A stretch of 48,284 bases of DNA, taken from NCBI GenBank assembly GCA_964460135.1, contig CAYWPZ010000005.1, positions 1 to 48,284 on the forward strand. The letters are read 5' to 3'. Position 1 is the first letter of the stretch. Each line of letters opens with the position of its first letter. Below the pieces are notes generated by a model. It ran no database searches and was not told the DNA's origin. It worked only from the letters and a program-made list of their open reading frames with translations. Below are positions 38,201 through 44,249 of the stretch, in pieces. The translations under genes and the position numbers were made by a program. The stretch comes from an uncultured Caldilineales bacterium. Lineage in GTDB: Bacteria; Chloroflexota; Anaerolineae; J102.

Positions 38201-39224
38201 TCAGCAAATTGGGATGGGCCGCGTGCGCCTGCTGCGAGAAGCGATGGAGCAACGCTGTCTTGCCCGATCCCGCTTCCCCTGCTACGAAGACGATCTGGCC
38301 TTCGCCGGCCAGCGCTTGCTGCAGCCGTTCGTGCATTTCGGCCAGGGGGGCGCCCCGGCCCACAAAGCGAGGGCGCGACGGCTGGGCCGGGTGGGGTGAA
38401 GGCTCGAAAGTCAACGGGCGCAAGCTGGCCGCCGGCTCCCGCGCCCGGATGCGCCCGGCGCGAATATCTGCGACCAGCGCCCGGGTGCTTTCTCTTGGCT
38501 CCACACCGATCTCGTCGCGCAGCAGGCGGCAGCAGGTCTCATAATAGGCCAGGGCTTCATTGCGGCGGCCAGCCAGGGCCAGCAAACGCATGACCCGTTG
38601 GTGGGCGGCTTCCTGCCAGGGGGCCAGCTCGGCCCAGCGCCGCGCTGCCGCCGCTGCTGCTGCCAGGTCGCCGCCGGCTTCATGGCAGGCGGCCAACTGA
38701 CGCAGCGCCTCTACTGCCTGCCGGCTCAGATGCTCGCGGCGCAGCGATAACCACTCTTCGAAGGCAGCGCAGCCGGGAAGGGAGAAGCCATCGAGCAGGG
38801 GGCCGCGGTAGAGATCGGCGGCGGCGATCAGGGCGGCGCGGCAGGCGTCGCATAAAACCCGCGCGTCGCGGCAGTGGCGGAGCGATGCCAACGCCGTCTC
38901 GAACGCGGCCACATCGGTGCGCAGATCGAAGGCGGGGTTGAGTTCCAACGTATGGCGTTCGCTCAGCAGCAGCGGCGGCTCGCCGGGGAGCTCCAGTCGA
39001 TGCCGCAGGCTGTAAGCGGCTTGATTGAGGTTCGCCCGCGCTCGCGCCTCCGGCGCTTCCGGCCAGAACAGCCCCGCCAGGGTCTCCCGCCGGTGCGTCT
39101 TGTCCCGTTTCACCGCCAGATAGGCCAACAGCGCCCGCGTCTTGTCCGATTCGAATGCTTCGATGGACTGTCCATCTCGCCGGGCGATTATCCCGCCCAG
39201 CAATTCGATCTTCAGAGCAGACAT
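35220..39224 (-). CDS. SARP/BTAD-type regulator fused to STAND ATPase, TPR-like region and a family-5 solute-binding (SBP_bac_5) domain
   Basis: aa 1-258: winged-helix plus BTAD (LLAYLAV...ETLAGLFWPE..., AADLYRGPLLDGF). aa about 285-560: ATPase with Walker A GEAGSGKT and Walker B LLLLLDDLHWAD. aa about 840-1334 (nt 35220-36707): DppA/OppA-like (RWEIKDGGRTYVFHLRDDVRWSDGAPVTARDFAFAW...). No signal peptide or TM. Confidence 0.85.
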   Translation of the reverse strand: MSALKIELLGGIIARRDGQSIEAFESDKTRALLAYLAVKRDKTHRRETLAGLFWPEAPEARARANLNQAAYSLRHRLELPGEPPLLLSERHTLELNPAFDLRTDVAAFETALASLRHCRDARVLCDACRAALIAAADLYRGPLLDGFSLPGCAAFEEWLSLRREHLSRQAVEALRQLAACHEAGGDLAAAAAAARRWAELAPWQEAAHQRVMRLLALAGRRNEALAYYETCCRLLRDEIGVEPRESTRALVADIRAGRIRAREPAASLRPLTFEPSPHPAQPSRPRFVGRGAPLAEMHERLQQALAGEGQIVFVAGEAGSGKTALLHRFSQQAHAAHPNLLTVWGQGNAFAGGGDPYLPFRQVVGLLTGEARRGYEMGLLDEAQAQRLWSALPLAIDSLVGQAPDLIDAFLPGVDLLTRVSAAVETETDWLAALRSAEAKGKTQGTALNRRQLQEQTTAFLRDLSARRPLLLLLDDLHWADTDSLSLLFHLAQSLAGLHVLLVGAYRQEDVDSGRDGQMHPLKVLVAECKRLTGQQPINLNRLSASERRDFVEQLLDTERNRLDAAFRQALFEHTEGHALFTVETLREFAARGDILWQEDMGWVQQRPPAWKAISSRAQGVIEARLARLPPDMQELLAVASVEGEAFSAQTLVAALDRRPGEAAAQLNELDRVHRLVAEAGSVVIGGNRLDRYRFRHSLFRQYVYEGLGEAMRRWRHGQVGAILEATHGAQAHLIAPQLALHFDLAGDDGRALAWYLAAGDQARLLYADEPARTAYERALALARTIDDDGQAASIYMRLGLTHHDRMAFEQAQAAYAEGFRLWSQVIAEPAQSLPPAEQPLRLIWGLAPRNEEPTFDFISDLFSGLVAETPELSIAPDVAHRWEIKDGGRTYVFHLRDDVRWSDGAPVTARDFAFAWQHNRIPGLGAPLYEVKGGRCLEYGIAADLKQAAVEAPDPYTLVVRLPRPAAYFLHLLAHPLAAPKPRHVIERYGDAWASAEHVVSNGAFLLERWDRAGDKMHFMRNPTYHGRAAGNVERVEAYYFRQAAGWQGQLDLYEQDRIDILLILNWSRAGFETARRRHLAEYAQSPLFTTFGFCFDTRRPPFDDRRLRQAFAMSFEQTQAIAQLGRGIEKPTLGGFIPPGMPGHSPAIGLPFDPDRARQLLAEAGYPGGKEFPAIELAQFYTAGGDESCRYHVSQWRQQLGVTVTYKILEWTAYWRYLSQGSPHIMAMNGVPTYGDPDAFLRQSFRTVQTLSGWRHPDYDNLIDKASRSQDQRERLQLYQQADALLMQEAPIIPSIYHDTAYLAKPWVKQLVFSPLGTGGCWKDIVLAPRTV

Positions 39225-39271
39225 GCAATGCCTTTGCGCTGGCGGACGAGCGACTGTTCGTCTTGAGAGCT

Positions 39272-39300
39272 ATTGTAACAGAAGTAGGGGAGACTGCAAT
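39272..39300 (-). promoter_or_regulatory. promoter TTGCAG-N17-(TGT)TACAAT for the STAND regulator
   Basis: On the minus strand: -35 at 39300-39295, extended -10 TGTTACAAT ending at 39272. About 40-nt leader. Confidence 0.6.
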
Positions 39301-39333
39301 AGGGCGCGAACTCCCGGTTCGTCGCCGCCTGTG

Positions 39334-40623
39334 CTATGCGTGTAGCAGCCACTCAGCCAACGAGCGCACCTCGATGGTGAATTCGCCGTTCACAATCGGC
39401 GCCGCGTTGCCATCAGCCAGGATCAGGCCCCGTCCAATGCCCAGGCTGCGCATGGCCGCGGTCAATGCCCGCACCTCCCGCTGGCGCGTCTCGGGCTGGT
39501 CCAGCGTCTGGACGACCTGAACAAGCTGCCGCTCCTCCGGTAAATAGAAGTCCACCTCCAACCCCGTCGGGGAGGCATAGTAGTAAACGTCACGCGTCCG
39601 CTGCCGCAGAGCCAGGAATACCAGGTTCTCCAGCAGGTGTCCTGTGTTGGGTGAAAAAGAGAAACCGACGCTGCGCGCCAGCCCGGTGTCGATGGCGTAG
39701 GTCTTCTTCGGGGCTACCTGCTGGCGTCTGACCGAGTAGTCGTAGACGTTTGTCGTGAACAAAAGCCAACTGTCCTCCAAATACCCGATGTAGTTCTTGA
39801 CCGTGTTGACGCTGCCCAGCCGCAGTTGGTCCTTGAGCTTGTTGTATGAGACCAGGCTCGCCGGATTGTTTATGAGGTAGTACGCCAGTTCCTTGAGCGC
39901 ACGCACCTCCTCGACGCGGTGGCGCGTGGCGATATCCCGGTAGAGGACGTCGTCGTAAAGCGTGCGGGCGAGTGGCAGTTCCGGGTACTTGAGCGACTCC
40001 GGAATCCCACCCAGGCGTAGATATTCGTCCAGCTGGCCTCTTAATCTGGCGCCGTCGACCGTGGTCAGTCGCGCCAGATTGGGCGCGGCATAGCCGCGAA
40101 AGCGCAGGAATTCGGCAAAGGAAAAAGGGAACAACTCGACGGGCACATAGCGCCCTGTCAGGTGAGTTCCCAACTCACGACTCAGCAGAGAGGCGTTCGA
40201 GCCGGTGATGTAGAATTTGAGCCCCATGTCCAGAAATCGGCGCACAAAGTGCTCCCAGCCGGGGACATTCTGGATTTCGTCGATGATGAACACCCGGCGC
40301 TCACCGAATAACTCGATCAAGAGCCCATAGAGATCATTGGCGTCGCCAGCCTCGAAACCGAGGAAACGCTCGTCTTCGAAGTTGACATAGTAGAAATGAT
40401 CTTCGCCCAGCCGGTGGGCGATCTGTGCCAGCAGGGTGGATTTGCCGGCCCGCCGCAGCCCGGAAATGATGACGGCGTGCGGCAACGGCGCCGCCCGCTC
40501 GAGATCGGCCAAGCGCTCGCGCTCGATACCGGTGTCGCGCTGCCAGAAGGTTTGCGATTGCTCCAGCAGCAAAGCCCGAATCTGGTCCCGTGTCCATCGG
40601 GCCTTCCAGGTATTTGCATTCAT
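39334..40623 (-). CDS. AAA+ ATPase with DUF4143 C-terminal domain (AAA_14/DUF4143 family)
   Basis: Walker A GLRRAGKST, Walker B VFIIDEIQ, and a family-typical C-terminal region (SYNKLKDQLRLGSVNTVKNYIGYLEDSWL...). Confidence 0.85.
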   Translation of the reverse strand: MNANTWKARWTRDQIRALLLEQSQTFWQRDTGIERERLADLERAAPLPHAVIISGLRRAGKSTLLAQIAHRLGEDHFYYVNFEDERFLGFEAGDANDLYGLLIELFGERRVFIIDEIQNVPGWEHFVRRFLDMGLKFYITGSNASLLSRELGTHLTGRYVPVELFPFSFAEFLRFRGYAAPNLARLTTVDGARLRGQLDEYLRLGGIPESLKYPELPLARTLYDDVLYRDIATRHRVEEVRALKELAYYLINNPASLVSYNKLKDQLRLGSVNTVKNYIGYLEDSWLLFTTNVYDYSVRRQQVAPKKTYAIDTGLARSVGFSFSPNTGHLLENLVFLALRQRTRDVYYYASPTGLEVDFYLPEERQLVQVVQTLDQPETRQREVRALTAAMRSLGIGRGLILADGNAAPIVNGEFTIEVRSLAEWLLHA

Positions 40624-40629
40624 AGTGCA

Positions 40630-40658
40630 ATTATATAGCCAATTGTTTTCATTGTCAA
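40630..40658 (-). promoter_or_regulatory. consensus promoter TTGACA-N17-TATAAT placed for a leaderless transcript
   Basis: Minus strand reads TTGACA(40658-40653)-atgaaaacaattggcta-TATAAT(40635-40630)-tgcact-ATG(40623). The -35 lies inside the palindrome TTCATTGACAATGAA. Confidence 0.7.
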
Positions 40659-40763
40659 TGAAGATATTGGCCGTGAGATCGATGCAGCGGAAGTATTAGG
40701 GGATTTCAATGGCACGGGGCAGCTTTCCTGATTCTATTTTGAGAGTAGGGTGATAGGGTGAGT

Positions 40764-40801
40764 CCAGAGTTGCCAACTTTCCAGAAAGTTGGCAGCTCTG
40801 G
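40764..40801. repeat. 38-bp hairpin palindrome, copy 1
   Basis: CCAGAGTTGCCAACTTT-CCAG-AAAGTTGGCAGCTCTGG. 17-bp stem with one T-G pair. Confidence 0.85.
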
Positions 40802-40818
40802 ACCTCCGACCTCGGCCT

Positions 40819-41064
40819 ATGGATCGACACCCTGCACCCTACCTGTCCTATCTGCTCCGCCTCTGGTGGGAGGATGGCTGGGAGGGAGGGCGCCCTGCCT
40901 GCGCCGAGGGCGAATGGCGGGCGTCTTTGCAGGACCCGCACACGCAGGAGATGCGGGTGTTCGATGACCTGAAGGCATTGTTCGATTTTCTGTCGAAGGA
41001 AACGAAACAGCGGGCATCTACGGAGAATCCTCATTCGCCAAACTCTGCTTGCGGCGCCAGATGA
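40819..41064 (+). CDS. small hypothetical protein (LRLW...WRASL motif)
   Basis: MDRHPAPYLSYLLRLWWEDG...EWRASLQDPHTQEMRVFDDLKALFDFL. I have seen this pattern in uncharacterised small proteins. No SD. Bracketed by the two palindromes. Confidence 0.45.
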   Translation: MDRHPAPYLSYLLRLWWEDGWEGGRPACAEGEWRASLQDPHTQEMRVFDDLKALFDFLSKETKQRASTENPHSPNSACGAR

Positions 41065-41088
41065 CACAAGCCCTTTCGACTCACTAAG

Positions 41089-41126
41089 CCAGAGATGCCA
41101 ACTTTCTGAAAAGTTGGCATCTCTGG
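41089..41126. repeat. 38-bp hairpin palindrome, copy 2
   Basis: CCAGAGATGCCAACTTT-CTGA-AAAGTTGGCATCTCTGG. Perfect 17-bp stem. Confidence 0.85.
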
Positions 41127-41149
41127 CTCACATCCACAGGAGACAACGC

Positions 41150-43471
41150 ATGAAAACCCAATCCAAACTTCCGTTCATCGTGCTGCTGTCTGCGGCTCTG
41201 ATCTTGACCGTCGCAGGTGTGCTCAGTCTCTCGCAAGAGACGCAAGCCTTGCCGTCCGCTTCACAAGCGTGGACGAATGCTCTGCGGCCCCAGGCGACTA
41301 TCGATCTGGTCAATCAGCTCGGCGGCCCTACCGAAGCCGTTGCCATTCAAGGACACTACGCCTTCGTTAGCGCCGGGCCGCGAGTCCTGATCCTCGACAT
41401 TTCCAACCCGGAGCAGCCGGTTGTTGTAGGGCAGACGGGCGTCCTGCCCGACTATGTGCGCGACGTGGTCGTGGCCGGAGACTATGCCTTTATTGCCAAT
41501 GACACCGCCGGGCTGCGCATCTACGACATTAGCGATCCGGCCAACCCTGCCGAAATCGGCCTCTACATGGCGCCGGCATCGGCGCCCGCCGGCCGCGTCG
41601 CCGTGTCCGGAAGCTATGTCTATCTGTCCAATGACGATAACACGCTGCGCATCCTGGACATCGACAACCCTGCTAACCCCACCCTAACCGGCCAGTATGC
41701 CACATCGGCAGTAGTGAATGGCATGGCGATCAGCGGCAACAACGCCTATGTCGCTAATGCGATCGCCGGCCTGCTCATTCTCGATGTCAGCAATCCGGTC
41801 AGCCCGACGCTCGTCAGCCTGACGGATACGACGGGGACGGCCAGCGATGTGGCCGTGGTCGGGAACCGGGCTTATCTGGCTGATGGCGCCGCCGGTCTGG
41901 TTGTGTTCGACGTCACCCATCCGGCCAGCCCCGTCCGCCTTGGCGTCCTCGACACGCCCGGCGCCGCGCTGGGTGTGGCTCTTGCCGGCGCCACTGCCTA
42001 TGTCAGCGACGACGCTGGCGGCTTGCGCATCGTCGATGTCTCGAACTCCGCCAGCCCCGTCGAAGTTGGCTCCAGCAATGCGCCGCAAAACGCCAGACGC
42101 GCCAGGGTGGCAGGGCCGTATGCCTATGTCGCCTCCTATTCGGCCAACCTGTACATTCTGCGCATCGACACTCCGGCTGCGCCCACGGTCGCTTATCACT
42201 TCAAGACCGTCGGTCTGACCTTTGACCTGGACGTTGCAGAGGGCTACGCCTACACGGCCGATCGCTACGCAGGGCTGAGCATCGTCGACGTCGCCAATCC
42301 CCAAGCTCCCGCATATGCTGGCTATTATCGTACTCCCGGTCAGGGCGGCTATGGCGTGGAAGTGAGGGGCAACTATGCCTATGTAGGCGATGTCCTTCAC
42401 GGACTGCACGTCGTCGACATCAGCAACCCTGCCAACCCCGTCGAAGTCGGTTCTGTTGACACACCGGGCTATGCGCTTCGGGTGACAGTGGCTGGTAACT
42501 ACGCCTACATAGGCGATGGCCCCGCCGGTTTGACCATCATCGACATCGCCGATCCGGCCCATCCCCAACTGGTGAGCACCTATCAAACGCCGGGCGCCTT
42601 TGCCGTAGCGGTGGCGGTACGGGGGAACTACGTCTATGTGGCCAACTATGCCTCCGGCCTGCGCATCATCGACGTCAGCGACCCCGCCCATCCCTTCGAA
42701 GCCGGATTCGTCGATACGCCCGGGATCAGCAAGGGCGTGACCTTGGCCGGGAACTACGCCTATGTGGCCGACGACCAGTTTGGCCTGCGCATCATCGACG
42801 TCAGCGACCCGACTCATCCTGCTGAGGTGGGATTCTATGACACGCCGGGACAGCCGAACATGGTCGAGGTGGCGGGCAACTTCGCCTTCGTGGCTGATCT
42901 GTGGGCTGGAGTGCGCATGATCTACATCGGCAACCCCACCCAGCCGGTCGAGGTCGCTTTCTACGACACGCCTGGAATCTCGATCGATGTGGGCGTAGTG
43001 GGAAATTACGTCCATGTGGCCGAGATCGATGGCGGGTTGATCACGCTGCACGTCAACCTGCCTGCCACACCCACCCCCACGCTCACCCCCACTCCCGGCC
43101 CCTCGCCCACGCCGACCCCGACGCCTCACGGCACGCCGACCGGCCCCTGGACCAGATGGCATGACCCCGCCACCCTGATCCTGCCGCCGCAAGGGGCGGC
43201 AGTCGTCATCGACTACGGTAACGTGGGCGCAGCGCCCAGCTTCACGGCAAGCATCAATGGCAGCGCTTTGTTTGCCGACGGCCAACCCACGCTCACCGGC
43301 TCTTTCGATGGCAGCGGCAGTCACACGATCTGGATCTATCCGGCACCAGGCGTCCCCATCGGACAGCCGTTTGCGTTCCACGTCAATCTGCCGGCTCTCA
43401 GCGTCTTTCTCACCCGCACCGGCCAGACCGGGCATCCCTGTTACATGCCGCTCATGCTGAAACCTGCGTGA
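41150..43471 (+). CDS. secreted LVIVD-repeat (beta-propeller) protein
   Basis: AGGAGA at 41138-41143. Signal peptide MKTQSKLPFIVLLSAALILTVAG. At least 13 repeats of the type GNYAYVAD..GLRIIDVSDPAHP.EVG.YDTPG. Then a PT-rich linker and a C-terminal domain of about 110 aa. Confidence 0.85.
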   Translation: MKTQSKLPFIVLLSAALILTVAGVLSLSQETQALPSASQAWTNALRPQATIDLVNQLGGPTEAVAIQGHYAFVSAGPRVLILDISNPEQPVVVGQTGVLPDYVRDVVVAGDYAFIANDTAGLRIYDISDPANPAEIGLYMAPASAPAGRVAVSGSYVYLSNDDNTLRILDIDNPANPTLTGQYATSAVVNGMAISGNNAYVANAIAGLLILDVSNPVSPTLVSLTDTTGTASDVAVVGNRAYLADGAAGLVVFDVTHPASPVRLGVLDTPGAALGVALAGATAYVSDDAGGLRIVDVSNSASPVEVGSSNAPQNARRARVAGPYAYVASYSANLYILRIDTPAAPTVAYHFKTVGLTFDLDVAEGYAYTADRYAGLSIVDVANPQAPAYAGYYRTPGQGGYGVEVRGNYAYVGDVLHGLHVVDISNPANPVEVGSVDTPGYALRVTVAGNYAYIGDGPAGLTIIDIADPAHPQLVSTYQTPGAFAVAVAVRGNYVYVANYASGLRIIDVSDPAHPFEAGFVDTPGISKGVTLAGNYAYVADDQFGLRIIDVSDPTHPAEVGFYDTPGQPNMVEVAGNFAFVADLWAGVRMIYIGNPTQPVEVAFYDTPGISIDVGVVGNYVHVAEIDGGLITLHVNLPATPTPTLTPTPGPSPTPTPTPHGTPTGPWTRWHDPATLILPPQGAAVVIDYGNVGAAPSFTASINGSALFADGQPTLTGSFDGSGSHTIWIYPAPGVPIGQPFAFHVNLPALSVFLTRTGQTGHPCYMPLMLKPA

Positions 43472-43609
43472 GTGATTCACACTGGCGCGACAGAGCGAAC
43501 GGTTCCCGACACATTCCGTTCCGGCTTGCCTACCTGAAGGGAAAGACCGGGCAGGCAAGCTGGAAGTCGAGAACATATGAGCAAATTTCCTGGTTCTCCT
43601 GAGAGTTTA

Positions 43610-43856
43610 CTGAGAGTAGTCTGCTACGATGGCCTTGAACGGTCGAGTTCAGGCCGCGAAGATTGAACTGTAAGCAGGCAGAGTTGTCGAAATCCACCAG
43701 CGGGTTTGCCCGCATTGACGCAGCTTGTCCGTCTCACTTCCCGCTCAATGCGAGAGGAGCCGTGAAGTGATCTCTGGCGCTGCACCAAAAAATGCGTTGG
43801 GGCAATAGGCGTGCCTGTGAGACGAGGTCGGGATGGCGATCCATCCCGGCCTGGTC
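43610..43856 (+). repeat. bipartite non-coding module, copy 1 (candidate small transcript)
   Basis: 5' part 43610-43665 and 3' part 43799-43856 are homologous to 43936-43990 and 44021-44079. Confidence 0.6.
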
Positions 43857-43935
43857 CCACATCTTGCACATAACCTGGAAGGGGGATGAACTGCGCATGC
43901 TGCACAGATTGTCCGCTCCTAATTTTGATAATTTT

Positions 43936-44079
43936 TTGAGAGCAGCCTGCTACGATGGCGCTGAATGGCTGAAAACAGGCCGAAACAAGCCATAAAGATC
44001 ACACCCACAGAACAACACGAGGGGCGATAGGGTCTTCAGGGAGAAACCAGCCGGGATCGACCAACATCCCGGCCTGGTC
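43936..44079 (+). repeat. bipartite non-coding module, copy 2 (candidate small transcript)
   Basis: Shares CTGCTACGATGGC...CAGGCCG and GGGGCRATAGG...CGGGAT..ATCCCGGCCTGGTC with copy 1. Confidence 0.6.
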
Positions 44080-44249
44080 GCGCGGGCCGCCGCCAGCGCG
44101 CCAGCGTTTGCCCACACCCCCAAAACACACGGGCTGTGATAAAATAAAGTGCCCCTTGACAATCGAAACCCATCCAACTTTCCGCGCCGCCACCCTTTGG
44201 CAACGACGGCGCGCGGACGTCACCACTTTCGTTTGAAGGTTGCTTCATC

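Noticed and set aside
35850-38399. Plus-strand ORFs of 529, 195 and 202 aa
   Set aside because: Antisense to the 1334-aa STAND regulator. No motifs, and biased R/G/P composition.
40764-41126. Integron gene cassette with attC sites
   Set aside because: No integrase is present, and the palindromes lack GTTRRRY core sites and the asymmetric extrahelical bases of attC.
41684-43576. 630-aa minus-strand ORF
   Set aside because: Antisense to the LVIVD-repeat gene. Its periodicity simply mirrors the sense-strand repeats.
43577-43995. Small ORFs across the duplicated modules (29 aa at 43577-43666; 67 aa at 43792-43995) sharing LR(V/A)(V/A)CYDG
   Set aside because: Differences between the two copies fall on second codon positions or are otherwise non-synonymous. 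The related string at 40739 carries stops in that frame. No RBS is present. Non-coding conservation is the better explanation.
43472-44249. Known structured RNAs in the gap (tmRNA, RNase P, SRP RNA; TPP, cobalamin, ZTP, THF or yybP riboswitches)
   Set aside because: Partial resemblances exist (GGGGCGAUAGG, GAGAGUAG, CCGGCCUGGUC). The diagnostic conserved cores are absent on inspection by eye: UUCGAC plus a T-arm, GAGGAAAGUCC, CUGAGA, the B12 box, CCGCCUGGGC. Infernal is needed to be sure.
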